Assembly (NCBI RefSeq): GCF_009914755.1
Contig: NC_060931.1
Length of the DNA: 64,000 bases
From: the human T2T-CHM13v2.0 reference genome, Homo sapiens
Strand: one strand, 5' to 3'
The notes under the pieces were generated by a model. That model was not told the origin of the DNA. It did no database searches and was given only the letters and a program-made list of their open reading frames with translations. This document shows, piece by piece, positions 1 through 14,599 of the stretch. Every line of letters begins with the position of its first letter. Position 1 is the stretch's first letter. A program made the position numbers and the translations under genes.

Positions 1-229
1 TTAAACCTTAATTTGCTGTGTGGACGACAGACTACTCTGAAAAAAACCCCAAATGCTTCAGTGCAGGACTATGTGTCGTGGATAAAGTAACAAAATTACA
101 TATTCAACCCATTATGGCCATCCTCTTGTATGGGAGATGCAGATTGTTACCAATATTTAACTCTTATAATTAACTTGAATAAATTTCCTTACAAAATAAA
201 TATGTACACTTGTAAATATTCCATTATAG

Positions 230-960
230 TATCTTTCTTAGTGTAGATATCCTGGAGTAAAAGCAAAATATTTACAAAACAAGGTAACAATTTTTAAAGC
301 AAAATATCTATTATCAAATTGTTCTCCAGATAGGTATTACCAATTACACACCCACCAGCCCAGCAGTGTGAAAATATCACATCTCCCACACCCCCATCCA
401 CACCCACGTGGAAAATTATTATTAAAAATTAATTTTTACCAACTTGAGAGGGAAATGGTCTTATTTTAATTTTTTCAGGGGTGGATTCATATGTTTACTA
501 GATATGTATATGTATCCTTCTATGAGATACTTGTTAGGTTATTTCCCATTTCTCTGTTGTGGCATTAATTTCTTTTTCTTGTTAATAATGCTCCCGAAGT
601 TTTATGTCAGTCTTTTCATTTGTTTATAGTATTTTATGGCAAAGGATTTTCTTAATTAAGTGGTTGTAGTCAAATCTGCTAGTTTTTATCTTTGTTTTCA
701 GTTTGCAATGTCATGTATAGACATGGCTATCTACCACCAAAAGTATTTTAAAAAGCAATGTGTAGGTTTTCTACTTTTGAAGAATGTGCATTTTCTACTT
801 TTGAAGTATGTGCATTTTCTACCAAAGTCTTTGGTTTGTTTGATATGTGCAATGAAGAAAAATATCTAACAATACCTTAAGTTTTCTCAAATAATATTCC
901 AATTATCCTAATATCCTTTGTGACTTAAACTTCCTATTCTGACTTAAAAAGACTTTTATC
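230..960 (-). mobile_element. Ancient L1M (L1ME-like) ORF2/3' fragment
   Basis: Antisense L1 motif 'aattgttctccagataggtattaccaattacacacccaccagc...cagcagtgtg' followed by T-rich degenerate L1 sequence; boundaries approximate. Confidence 0.55.
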
Positions 961-989
961 ATAAGTGCTCTACTTAATCATAGCCTTAG

Positions 990-1215
990 CACATAGTGTG
1001 AGTCCTAGAGTCAGACTACAAGGTAATTACTGTCACTTACAAGCTGTGTGACCTTAAGTGATTTAATTTAATCATCCTGTGACTAAGTTTTCTAATCTGT
1101 AAAATTGGAATAATGTGAGGATAAAATTATCATAAGGATTAGCAAGCTGAATTAACACGTGTAAAGCTCATAGACGACTGCCGGGCACATAGTGAATACT
1201 CAGGAAATATTACTG
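990..1215 (+). mobile_element. MIR SINE
   Basis: MIR core 'cacttacaagctgtgtgaccttaag...ttttctaatctgtaaaattggaataat' and 3' 'ggcacatagtgaatactcag'. Confidence 0.8.
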
Positions 1216-1479
1216 GTTGTTGTGTAGCAAGATGTACAATGAAACACTGGTACAATTTCAGATTTTGGGTTTTGAGGACCGGGCTTAGAGGGTCACCTTG
1301 GAGAGAATCTTGTAGAGTCCCACATCTACCCTCTGCCTCAATGAGATACGATCCTCCACTTTGATGAGATATTACCACTTAGAGAACTTGCTACATGTCA
1401 ATCCCTGCTATGGAGAAAGTAGACTTTTAATCTAATGCAGTAGACTTGAAATCATTCGAATGTGAGAGAAGAGCTGGAG

Positions 1480-2170
1480 TCAGAAAGAGGTAAAAAGAGG
1501 GCCTGAGACTATGCCTTAAATTGTTAATATATTTAAGGGATAGAAGAAAGAACAGGAGAACTGTTAGAGAAGATAGAAAGAAATTGTTTCCTGGATCAAA
1601 AACAGTTCTAGACTGGACTGTGTCTCCCACCCCTTTAAATTCATGTGTTGAAGCTCTAGCCCTCAATGGGACTGTATTTGGAGATAAGACCTTTAAAGAT
1701 GTAATTAAAGTTAAATGAGGTCATAAGAGTAGGGCCCTAATCCAATAAAGCCTGTGTTCTTATAAGAAGAGGAAGAGACTTCAAGGATGCCTGGAAAGGC
1801 CATGTGAGGACACAGCTGGGCAGGGGCCATCTGCAAGCCAAGAAGAGAGCCCTCAGGAGAAACCACACTTGCTGACACCTGGATCTTTGCTCTCCAACCT
1901 CCAGAATTGTAAGAAATAAATTTCTGTTGTTCTAGCCACCCAGTCTGTGGGATTTTGTTATGGCAGCCCTGGCAGACTAATATAGGATCCAAGAGAAGAG
2001 AGAGTTTGAAAAAGGAGGGAGTGATTGATTGTGAGAAGTGCTGCTGAAAACATAACAATAAAGTAAGCTGAGAACTTAAGTGTCTGTTGGATCAGGAAAT
2101 AAGAAGTCATTGTTAATTTTGACAAGAACATTTTAATGGACTGATAGAGGCAGATTGCAGCGGATTGAAG
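1480..2170 (-). mobile_element. L2 fragment interrupted by MLT1B
   Basis: Purine-rich antisense-L2 sequence on both sides of the MLT1 LTR ('aagaagtcattgttaattttgacaagaacattttaatgga'). Confidence 0.55.
1604..1984 (+). mobile_element. MLT1B-like MaLR solo LTR
   Basis: 'gtatttggagataagacctttaaagatgtaattaaagttaaatgaggtcat...ctccagaattgtaagaaataaatttctgttgtt...ggcagccctggcagactaata'. Confidence 0.85.
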
Positions 2171-2793
2171 ACTAAAGAGCAGGATTCACATAGAAAATAT
2201 GGCAATATTTCAAATCATCAAAATGACAATATGGCTGAGTAGGCGTTGTATAATGAATAAAGAACTTCATAATTAAATGCTTATTCGCAACTTTTAGTCT
2301 GAACATCTTTTGCTGTAGGAGATCTTGCCAAATTGATTCCCTTCGTACTTCCCAGTCCAAATCTAAATTAGTCACTGCTATTACATATATGTTACCTTAT
2401 CATTTTTAAATTGTAGTCTGTATCATAGTTACTTATACTTCTGCAGTTACTTAATTTTCTCTCTCACGAGGCAGTAAGCAATGTGAGAACAAGGATCATA
2501 TTTGGTTTATTCCATTATCTATGGTTAGAACATAGTGGACATTTAATATGCATTAAATAAAACTAAAATTCATTCAACAATATGTCATTAAAATCTTTAC
2601 ATGTCAAATATATCATTTTACTGACTGGATTTTATGTATACATGTAATTTACACCAGCCTTTCCTACTATAAATTATACTATCTGGAATTGTTTAGCCAG
2701 TTAAGGATTAAATTCTGCATAAAATTTAACTTTTTTCTTTTTTCTCCAGAAAAACTGTTTTGACCCTGGGCTTTTTTTGCAAGTAGTTTTCTA

Positions 2794-3081
<288 letters not shown>

Positions 3082-3624
3082 TCATGGTAATTGCCTTATT
3101 CAAGTTTCCAGCTCTAGTTGTACATAGCATTCTCATTTTTAATCTGTGTTAAGTAATTATTTCATATTCTTAATTCTAACTTTGATGGCTTTTTTCCTTT
3201 AAAAAAACTTTATTGAAGTATAATTTACATATAATAAAATGCACCTATTAATTTGTACAGTTTGATGAGCTTTCACAAATGCCACCACCATAAACAAGAT
3301 ATAGAACACTTCCATCACTCAGAGAAGTACACTCATGCCCCTTTGCAGACAATCACTTCTACCTCTGCCCAAGGCAACCACTGATATACTTTGTCAATTT
3401 AGATGAAGATCTCATATAAATTGAATCATATGGCACATATTCAGCAGAACATGGTGTCACAGGAATTCATCCATGTAGTTGTATGTATCAGTAGTTGATG
3501 CCTTTTTATTGCTGCATAGTATCTTTCCAATAAAACATTTTATTCTTTTCAAAGAATAAAAAAATTCTTTACAAACAATTGCTTATCCATTCACAAGATG
3601 ATAAATATTTAGGTTATCATCAGG

Positions 3625-4123
3625 TGCTTGAGTTTTCTATTGCTATTGTAACAAATAAACACAAACTTGATGGGATACAACGATACAAATTTATCATCTT
3701 ATAGCTCTGGAGATAAAAAGTCCAAAATAAGTTTCATGGTACTAAAATCAAGATGTGGCAGGACTCCGTTTCTTCTGGATGTTTAGAGGCAGTGTTTTCT
3801 TTCTTTTTCCAGCTTCTAGAGGTTCCCACATTCCTTGGCTCCTAGGCTCCTTTCATCTTCAAAGCCAACACATCTTTCTCATAGCTTCTTATCTCTGACT
3901 TGACAATGTCTCTTTTTTGCTCATAGGTAGCCTTGTGATTACATTGGGCTTACCCAGATCCAGGTCATCTAGGATAATCTCTCTACCCAAGATCTTTAAC
4001 GTAATCACACCTGCAAAGTCCCTTTTGCGAAGAAAGGTAATATATTCATAGTTTCTGGAGATTAGGCCTTTCCAGGCAAAGAGGTGGAAATCTTTGTGGG
4101 GCCATTTTTCTGCCTCCTACACA
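3625..4123 (-). mobile_element. MLT1D-like MaLR solo LTR
   Basis: 'ccagcttctagaggttcccacattccttggctc', 'ccttgtgattacattggg', 'aatcacacctgcaaagtcccttttg'. Confidence 0.85.
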
Positions 4124-4556
4124 AGGTAAAGGATATTATGAGTGAAGCTATGGTGAACACGCATGAACAAGTCTCTTGTGAACATAGGTTTTTATTTCAT
4201 TTAGTGGTGGAAGTGCTGAGCTGGATGGCAAATATATGTTTAGCTTTATGATAAACTGCCAAATAGTTTTCCAAAATGGTTGCTCCATGTTACATGCTCA
4301 CTAACACTATTTGAGATTTCATTGACTCCTTATCTTTTTCAATACTCAATATTGTCAAACTTTCAAATTTTAGCCATTTAGTGGGTAAGGAGTAGTGTCT
4401 CAACTGTGGTTTTAATTTGTATTTTCTTGATGACTAATATGTTGAGCATCTTTTCCCATGATAACTGATTACACATATATATTTTTGTGTGAAGTATGTG
4501 TTCAACATTTATGCCCATTTTCATTGTTTTTTGTTGTCTTGTTAAATTGTAAGAAA

Positions 4557-4579
4557 TGTGTGTGTGTGTGTGTGTGTGT
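4557..4579. repeat. (TG)n microsatellite
   Basis: About 11 perfect TG units. Confidence 0.95.
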
Positions 4580-5339
4580 AACAAGTGTTTTTTGAGATAT
4601 ATATATTTTGAATATTGCCTCAAAGTCTTGGGTTTCTCTTTTTCTTAACTAAATATCTTTCTATGAGCAAAACTTTAAACATTTGGTGTAATTTAATTTT
4701 TCATTTTTTTCTATTATTGTTAGTGAGTATATTGCGTAGGATACCATCATGATGATGATTTTTTCCTACCCTCCCACAATCTGTTTTGTATTTTAGCTTT
4801 TACATTTAGTCCTGTGATCCATTCTGAGTCAGTTTTTGTGTACGGCCTGAGGTAAGGGTGAAGGCCCATTTCTTTTCCATAGTAATACCCAGTTGTTTCA
4901 GCACTATTTATTGAAATTACTATATTTCTGTTATTGATATGCATTGGCAACTCTGTAGAAAATTAATTATAGTATTGTACTTAGCATTTTAATAATATTT
5001 TAAATCCTTTTGTTAAGTATGTATTGCTTATATTTTCTCTTTATATGTTTCTTTTGACTGTCTTTCTAATACATAACTATTTAATAAACATGTCAAAATC
5101 AGCTGGATTTTTCACTATTTTTAAATCTTGGATTTATAAGTCAATTCTATAATTTTTCTCTCTTGCAATTATGCAAGGGATTATGGGAATTGATTATAAA
5201 CCTGTTATGAAAAATATTAGAATTTAATAAGAGAGAAATTGAAAGATAATATATAAAAGTCTGTAATTGCCTATGTTCAAATAATCACCATCAGAATACA
5301 GAATATTAAAAAATGTATGTTGTTTAAAAAACAACGGAA

Positions 5340-7190
5340 AGTGGTAAAATAGATATAAATTTTACAAGTATTGCATCAGACATAATTTAAAAAGCTATAA
5401 AGAAGTATAAATGAGGATTCAAATAACTGAAAATCTATCCTATGCCTTTGAATAGGAAGATATAATTGCATCATTATGTCACTGTTCACTAAACTCATAT
5501 ATATATTCAATGCAATCCTAATTAACAAACCAAGAGGATTTTGTTGTCATTTACATGCTTTTCACCTTGTAGTTTTTAGATTTATATTTGATTTTTGTAC
5601 CTGTAGGAAACTAAACAATTTATATTAAATTCACCTTGAAAATAAATATGTAGAGGCTAGGACGTTTTCTAATAATGGAGAAAATTAGAAAAATCTAATA
5701 ATGGGGGCAGACAGTCATAGAATTTAAAAATATATTATTAAATAAAATAATTTTTAAAACCTTAGCACTAGAAATGAATATATTTATAATGGCACCAGAA
5801 ATGAGTTAGACCAAACAATAAAACAGAGTAAAGGATAAAGAAAGAGACACACACGATTGGCTTTAGTTTATGGTAATGATGGCACTGTAAATTAGTAGGG
5901 AAGATAGGGATAATTCTATAAATCATATTAAATAAATGTAAAGATAAGTCATCATTCTTTAAAACAAGATAAATTTTTGATGGAACAAAGATTTAAAGCA
6001 AGCATAAAATTTCTAGAAAGAAAGCACTGTGCATTGATTTATAATACTGAAATGAGAAAGATCTTTCTAAATTAGACATGAAAACTAAACACCTTTACAA
6101 AGATTTGATAACATTGACTACATTAAAACAAACGGACAAAAACTTACCATAAACAAAGTCAAAAGGCCCACAAGAAACTGGAAAAGAATTTTGCAATATA
6201 TGCAACAGACACAAAACAAATTTTCAAAATTTTCAAAATGCATATATAAAATCTTGAAGAAAAATCTGCAAGAGCTATAAACAGGCAGTATAGAGAAAAA
6301 TATAATGAAATGTGCAATAAATGTCTGATGAGATATGGAACCCCATTCACAATTATATAAAATAATTAACTCATTCAACAAATTTATTGAGTATTTCTTC
6401 CATGTTGGGAAAACAGCCATTAACAAAATAAACCCAAATCTCAGCTCTAATGCTGCTTACATTCTAGTAAGCAAATAATAGACAATAAACAAGATAAATG
6501 AATACAATATAATTTATTAGATGAGGACTGAGTGCTGTGGAGAAAATAAAGCAGAGAAAGGAGAAAGGAAGTTCTAAGGGGAGGGAGGAGTGCTGCAATT
6601 TTCTATATGATACCCAGGCACGACCTCCAATAAAGGTAACAATGGGGTACATTTCACAATTTCACACCTAATGGAAATGTGTGTGTGTGCTGCAAAATAT
6701 ATGTTCAAGAATGTTTATAGTATCATTATTTGTAACAGCAACAACTGGAAACAACCATATCTATCAAGTCTATCAATACTAGAATAAATAAATATTTTGG
6801 TATATTCACACAATGAAATCGCATGCAACAATAAATCTGAATGTGCTACAATTACAAGAGAACAATACGTTGGAATCTCAAGAACATATTTGAAAGTGAG
6901 GAATTCATATTTCAGAGCCTTCACTGTGTGGCTCCATTTAGATCAAGGTTAAAACTAGGCAAAACTAAAAATAAGTTTAGAAGTTAGGATAGCAGTTACC
7001 TTTGAGTAGGAGAGAGATCGTAATAATTACACTGTGCATGAGGATGTCTTTAGTTTACTAAGAGTGTTCTATTTCTTGGCCTGAGTAATGGTCACACAAT
7101 TGTTTTCTCATGGGACAATTCATTGAGCTGTGCAATTGCAATTGCAATTTATGCACTTTTCTTTATGTCTGTTACATGTCAGTTTGAAAA
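5340..7190 (+). mobile_element. Ancient L1ME-like ORF2 and 3' UTR
   Basis: 'atatattcaatgcaatcc', 'gactacattaaaac', 'caactggaaacaacc', 3' end 'cattgagctgtgc...tttatgcacttttc'; interrupted by L2. Confidence 0.65.
6366..6635 (-). mobile_element. L2 3' end nested in L1ME
   Basis: 'cattcaacaaatttattgagt' (reverse complement of the L2 tail), 'gcttacattctagt'. Confidence 0.7.
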
Positions 7191-7679
7191 AAAAATAAAA
7201 AGAGTGATTTAATTTTCTCTTTCTGGATGCCTAAGATTCTTTCATTATTCTTGACGTTTAAAAACTGAACCAGCCATTTTTATCTTTTCATTAACTTTTC
7301 CTGCTACTCAGTGAACACTTTGATCTGTATACTTGGGCCTTTCACAGGTCAGAGAAGCTTCTTCATGTTTTCCCTCTTTTCTTTAATAAGAAATATTACA
7401 CTTCATTGGCTCTCTTGTCTCTGGTCTTCAATTTCTACCATATTCGTTCCTATTGTCTTTGTGTCTGAATATTTCTGCTGCACTTTAAGAGTAATTACCA
7501 TTTGTCTTTCAAATTATTTATTTGATTTTCAGAATTATCAATTCACTTCTGAACTTTTTACTGCTAGTAATTTTCTTTCTGAAATTGCTTTTTAGTTTCC
7601 TAATATGGTAGTCATTGAGGCTGTTCACATGTTTTTAGCTTTGTTTTGTTTTGTTTTTTAGGTTGTAGAGAAGGTACTG

Positions 7680-8007
7680 TTCCCATTGAAATCAGTAACG
7701 GCCATGTGACCTGATTTGACTCATGAAATGTAAGTGGAAGATGAATGTAGACTTTATGTGCAGAGGCTTTAAGAGTTATGAGATAATTGTCATACTCTCG
7801 TTCATAATCTTTGTACCTCAGTGATTAGCAACACTCACTGTCATGACTTCTTCATCATCCTGGGTCCTAGAGTGAAGTCCTAGAGCCCATTATCAACTCA
7901 TGCTAAATATGTAGGATAAGCAAGAAATAAGATCTTCCTGCTTGAAGCCACTGATATTTTGGACTTTTTGTTACTGCAGCAACATCATGCCTAGCCTGAC
8001 TGATACA
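7680..8007 (+). mobile_element. MLT1I/H-like LTR
   Basis: 'ggccatgtgacctgatttgactcatgaaatgtaagtggaag...gaaataa...aagccactgatattttgg...ttgttactgcagca...cctgactgataca'. Confidence 0.75.
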
Positions 8008-9894
8008 TGGTATATAATCATTCCTAATATTTTCCTAATATTTGTAATTTATACAATTTCATTTGTTTGCTTACTATCATAATTATATAATTATACAATA
8101 GTTACTTATACAATTTTATCTGTTTACTGTCATAATTATTCCAAAAATTGTGACCAGTTTCTTCATATTAATTGCCATCATCTCTTTTCTTACAGTGTGG
8201 ACTTTTTCATAGTCTCAATGGGATGTTTATCTAAAATGCATACATTCCTAAATGAAGAGTGCCCTTGTCTTCACTGTATATTGTGTTATTGTTAGAACTT
8301 TCAAACATGCTAAAGAAGCTGATAAGTCTAAGTTCACATCAACAATTACATTATTCAACGACCTGAGAGAAGTGAAGCCAGGTTGAGTGTAGTCCCAGTA
8401 GAGAGATGTTTTCTGTGTTCTCTTTCTTTTGTGTTTAGTAAAGGTACTTCACCAGAGGTCAATTTTCTGTACCAATTTCTGTTTGGCTGGAGCAGATTCC
8501 AGCTGTGTCTGTGCTTGGTCTCCCACCTGATGCCACCACATCAAAGGGAAGCCCATATTACACTGGAAACAAGGCCCTGCTTCCCTGCTGAGTTTTGTGT
8601 TTTGTGATGTTCCCAAGCAAAATTCGAAATCTTCCTGTTTCAATTTTTGTAATGTTTATCATTAAAATAATACTCTCACATGTGAATAAATCAAATACTA
8701 AGATTAGCCTATCCTAATTTCTATACCTTCTACCCCCATACGTGTTTAAACCTGTAGTCCCACTCTCCAGGAGAAACCTCTTTTTTTTTAATTGGTAATA
8801 TAGGTGTTAATTTTTGATATTTTAAATATCTCAAATAAAGAAAAAGAAAGAAATAAAGTAAAATTACTTGTTAAAAATCAGTTCAAATTAAAATTCACTA
8901 TAATGGTTAAAACAGCTAACATGTATTGAATGATTATGCTCTAGGCACTGTGGAAAAACCTCTTTAACATGTCCCTGTTACCTCCAACATACTAAATAAT
9001 AAACTTACATCTCTGTAACTTTATTTAAACACTCCGGACAGGTATTGATTGATTGCCTACAATTTTTTTAAAAAGTTTTGCTAAGTAAACCTTTAACCCA
9101 CTCCACTTCTCTTCTCCATGCTTAATAGAACCATTTCTTGCAATTCTTCAATTTGTCGTTAGATTATATTTAATATTTCAAATATTAGTGTGCTTACATT
9201 TGCTTCCACATTCCCTCTACCATTTCACTTCCCACTGTCTGTGTGCTATTCTTTTACATTTATACCAGATTTTTTTTGGTTAATATATTCATTTAGTTCT
9301 GCATCACCATCTAAGTTCTTACACAATTTTTCCATGAGTTAAGCAAAGTTGAAAACCATTACAACATTATTACATTATTATGTTATTATGAATGTGTGCT
9401 TGTTATATTTCCTTTCGTATATGAATAATACAAAAACTCCTAAGCCACCTAGAAGAGAATGTTAGGAGCACCAAGGCAAAGACAAATTCTCTTATATTCC
9501 AACAATTGCTTCAAATCAATTGTTTATATGTAACTTATTTTTTTCCTCAAATTTCATATTGCCATTCATTTTCTTTTGAATCACATGCTTTATCATACCT
9601 CCACTTTGTGCCATCCCCTCAATCACAGAGTCCCCTGCATGACATCTTCTTTTCTCTTCATTGGTCTCCCTCCCAGAGCCCAGCATTCTCCTATGGCACT
9701 CTAAAACGACCACCTTAAAGCCAGATGGACCACTGTCATCCTGAGATTCCCCTGTATTGCTCTGCTTCTTTGTCCTTGTGTTTTTGTATTTCTTGGTCTT
9801 CTCCTTCATTTTGCTAGAGTACACCCTCAGATTTTTACATTTACCAAAATGTAAAGAGATTCGGGAGGTGTGGCTGCTTGTTTCATGACGTGGG

Positions 9895-10415
9895 ACCTAG
9901 TTATCTTCTCCTCAACATCCTTTCTCCTTTTCTTACTAAGGAACAGAATTTGATTTTTTTTTTCTTGGGCTGCAAAGTGCCCAAATAAAGATGCAACCTT
10001 GCAGCTAGGTATGTTCAATAATTTAAGGAGGCATTGTTGGGTGCAATTTCAGGGAACACTTCTTTGATGGGTTAAAATACCTGGTAAGCGCTCCATAGAC
10101 AAGCATGCACCTACTTCTAACTGGAACGCAGATGTGATAAGAGGAACTCCAACAGCCATTTGAAACATGAGGTAATCTTGTGAACAGAAGCCATGCACTA
10201 AGGATAACAAAGAGAGGAGCCAGGCACTAAGAAGTCTGGGAAGCTGATGACATCATAAAACTGCTATACTAGCCCTGTTACACTATATTGTACTTAAAAC
10301 ATAGCTGCCACTTACTTAAAAATATATTTTACAAGGGAAAGAGAAAAATTTATATGCAATTTAAGTAACTTATTTCTGATCTCAGTTGCTAGCTACTGAA
10401 TGCAATTACATATTG
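9895..10415 (+). mobile_element. MLT1J-like LTR
   Basis: 'ccttgcagctaggt', 'ctggaacgcagatgtgat', 'cagccatttgaaacatgagg', 'aagccatgcactaaggat'. Confidence 0.7.
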
Positions 10416-10429
10416 AAAATGGTGATAAA

Positions 10430-11270
10430 ATTTCTGGGCTCTTAAACATCTAAAAATACCTCAATTCTGCCCTCATGCTAACTATTTTTGTGATTACAGA
10501 TTTCAAGGTTGAAAATTACTTTCCCTCTATGCTGTAGCCATTTCTCTGTTCTCTTCTAGCATTAATTGTTGCTGTCGAGAATCTGATGCAAGTTTGATTT
10601 TCATTTCTTTGTGGGAAATTGTTTTCTCCTCTTTAAAAAGTTTGGAATCTTTACGATTTTCTTGATGTTTTAAAACTTTACAAGAATGTATCCAGATGTG
10701 GGTTTCGTTTTCATTTCCATTCTTTGTACAAGGCACTCAGTAATATATGACCTAAAGATTTATGTTCTGTAACTCAAAGAAAGTGTCTCCTATTATTTCT
10801 TGGATAATGTTCGCCCTTCCATTTTCTTTGTTCTGTATGTCTACTTGTCAGTTACTGGACCTCTGCATTTGTTTATTAGGTTCCATCCTTTCCTTTATGT
10901 TTTTGGTTCTACTTTTATTTCTTTACATTCTGGAAGATTTCCTGTATATTTGAAGCAGCTTTCTTGACTTTTTAAAATTTTAGCAATTCTATTTTTAATG
11001 TCTAACATCCCATTAAATGTTAGTAATTCTATTTTTAATGTCTAACATCCCATTCTTACATTATAGTAGTTACTTTTCATAGCATCCTATCATAATTTTA
11101 TGGAACACAATATCTTCTCAAATATCTGTGTGAATATTAATTAAAGGTATTATATTTTGGTGTTTATTGACATTAAAATATTTTCTACTCCTTGTTTACT
11201 CTGGGAAAACTTTTAAAAATCTTTGTTCTTAAATTTTTATATGTGTCTTATAATCTTTGATGATTTTTAC
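10430..11270 (-). mobile_element. Ancient L1M/HAL1 ORF1-region remnant
   Basis: Minus ORF 10527-10736 contains 'KTISHKEMKIKLASDS', resembling L1 ORF1p 'ITYKG.PIRLTADFS'. Confidence 0.55.
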
Positions 11271-12354
11271 ACGAATAGGACTAGGTAACCACGTGGGTAT
11301 TTTCTGCATCTGTAAGGAGCTAATTTTCTCACTATGTCTCACCTTGTTTCTCCCTGAGCAGAAGGTCCAGCCAGGAGGGTGGGAAGTGTGAGAATGGTAT
11401 AGTGCACGCAGACATTGGGTCCCCAAATTACAGAATGAGGAGGGTCACCAACACCACACTTAAAAGACTTGACTTTTCTGGATGGCTACTTTAATTTTGG
11501 TATGGAAGAGATTTGACTCGTGGTAAATACCAGACTGTCTTCACTCCACAACACGGATATGGGAGGGAGAAAAGGGTGCCAATAGGAGTAGTTATTTTGT
11601 TGCTCTCTTCTATCATACTCACTAACTATGGGGCAGAGTCTCTCTGGGATTCACTGCATCAGTTGGTTTCCCTCTTCTCTGCAGCCATCTTTGTACAATT
11701 GACCATTCCTTTCCTTTCAAAAATGTATTGAAAAATCTCATCCATCAAAATTTACTACCCAATCAGTTTTCTTCTTTTCTTCTCTATTATATATTTAATC
11801 CTTTTGTTTTTCATTCTTTTATTTTTGTGAACAGAAGTACATCATGTTGCCCTAGATTCTATATTCAAAGGAGCTGATTCATGCCAGTAAAACAGAATCC
11901 AAGTGGTATGTTCCCTGAGTTCTTTCTGTATCTCCAGCCCTCTCTTTTGGTCAATAAGCTTTCATTCTATGTGACACAGACTCAACAAATAGTTATTGAT
12001 TTACTTCATTAAAATATTCAGAGTTAGACAAAGTTTTCGGCATGCCTCTACCCCAGGGTTTAATGTTGTCAGTCTGTCTGTCTCCCCATCTCTTGAATCA
12101 GTATTCTTTTTTGCCTTTACTCTCATGATGCCACTAGCAGCTCCAGGCTTACATCAATGCAGGATTAAGTCTAGAAGAAGAGTTCCCCAGAATACAAGCA
12201 AATTTGCCATTCTTAGTTTATTTGCATTCCTGTTACAGTCTCTGTGGTGAGAGGATTATAATGTTCTCTGCAGTATAAAGGAACTGCATCTCTAAACCAT
12301 TTATATCAGCCAAAGGGATTCAATGCTCTGAGTGCCCACTCTAATACCAGGGGT

Positions 12355-12685
12355 GGTGTTGCTGACATTGCTAGTTTCATTGAAAATTCATTCTCCCTTT
12401 CTTCCCTTATAAATATAACTCTTGGATTTTAGTTGGCTTCATGGCTTCATTTCCCATCCTTCCTTAGAGCTAGATGTATGCTCATGGGTGTATTTTGATC
12501 CATAGCATGTAAGAAGTGTATATGCCATTTCAGGGAGGATGGCAGTGCAACAAAAGTGATGGAATTTAGATCTGGAATACCAAAGGGCTTATTGCCAGTC
12601 CTAGTCACTCATCTATCTTAATTTACATGAAAAATAAATTTCAATCTGTTTCAGCTGTCTTGGGTTTTCTGTAATTCACAGCTAA
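12355..12685 (+). mobile_element. MLT1J-family LTR (degenerate)
   Basis: 'cattctccctttcttccc', 'catttcccatccttccttagagctagatgt', 'aaaataaatttcaatctgtttcagc'. Confidence 0.55.
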
Positions 12686-13010
<325 letters not shown>

Positions 13011-14599
13011 AGCTAACTTTTTTTTCAAGTAGAGATACTGTCAGTTCCATCCCAACCACACGGACATTGACAACTGACATAAGTAGCTCAGGAAAAAAAA
13101 AAATAGTAATAATCAGAAGTTCTAAATTTACTCCAAATGTTTGGGGCATTATTACTGGCCAAGTAAATGCAAAAGATGAGGATGCAATATATACAGATAA
13201 GGTCACAAACGGAGGATTCCTGGATGAACTTTTGTTGAAGCAGTTACCTTACAGTAGGAGGTATTGTGTGTTAGTCCTCACCGCCAGCATTTTTTTGACC
13301 CCATCTACATGCACTTAGTAGATAGTCCTTGATGTGTCTGCCTTAAGGAAACCATCCTTCTCTAGTTTTTAGTGCATATGTTGGCTTTCACCTATTTTAA
13401 TACTGTTTGTCATTATAAATTGAATTTTAGCCCCTACCCTCACCCTTACCTGGAAGTCTATAAAACATTTTCTCATAAACTTTTGTAACACAATTCAATT
13501 ATTAAAACCAATTATACTGTTTAAAATAAAAGCCTTTAGAAGGCTTGTCAGCTACTTGATATATATAATATTTAAAGGAACTTCTTCCCTTTTTAGTTTC
13601 TTTAGAGTATAATTAGTTTCTCTAGAAAATGCCTGGATTTTTGGAAAAGGAAACTACAAGTAATTTTTTTAAAACCAATATCCCTATTCAGACAACCAAA
13701 ATGAAAACTCCTCTCTAGCATTTGGATTTATCTTTTTTAAAGAAATGTGTTTCTTGTATTATGATAAATCCTGAAATTTAAAATGTCCATTAAATAAGAA
13801 ACACCTTATGAAGACAAACCTGAAAATAGACTGCGACTAGCAATTAAGAAAGCAGGAATTGACACCCAGCTATCTTGCTCACCACTATGTGACCATGAAA
13901 GAGTTATTGGTGGACTTGAGATGTTTCACAGCCACGTCCCTTTTTGTCATGGTAAGAATCAAGCTGTCCCAGTCATCTATCCCTATCCGTGTGCAAACCT
14001 CCATATTCCTCTGAGTTTCTTTTCTTCAAACCTCCAATCTTAGCTCTCTCTTCCACTTTAACTTTTTCCTATGAGATCTCTGATCTAAAGAAAATAAATT
14101 CTCCTACATGCTCAGTTTCCACAAGCCTCTCTCTTCACCTTCTTCCTTCAGCCCTCCTCCACCCCTCCCATAACAATGCCACCTCCCCGCACACGTGCGC
14201 ATCTTCTCCCTCATTCCAAGTTTGTTCTTTGAGCTCATGGATACATGATTGGCTCCCTGATTCTCTCCTACCCACCCAGTCCCTCTATTAGGACTATTCT
14301 TTGCCCTTCCATCTTAACACTCAAGGTCCATAACTCTAATAGATATGCAATTGAAACTGATATTTTCAATGCAGGCACTCCTTTGTTTCATAGAACTTAC
14401 CTGGAACACATCATCTTTCAAAAACTCTACTAATATCTGCCTATGCTAAAAACTAAAGAAGGAAATTATATCTGCATAAATTCATGCCATTAAATCTTTA
14501 AGGTTTCAAACTGCAAATAAGTTTGAATCCTTTGCAATGAATCTATCCCCTTCCTCCCAGTGTGTATATCACATCATAATAATTCAAGTCTTGAATCCC

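Larger units (their letters stand above)
3200..4960 (-). mobile_element. L1MB-like 3' end/ORF2 fragment interrupted by MLT1D
   Basis: 'tttattgaagtataatttacatataataaaatgcacc...tgtacagtttgatgagctttcacaaatg' L1MB 3' end; resumes after 4123. Confidence 0.75.

Noticed and set aside
13067-13318. Possible exon or processed-pseudogene fragment (DEDAIYTDKVTNGGFLDELLLKQLPY)
   Set aside because: No recognisable homology, weak splice context, no poly(A) or TSD
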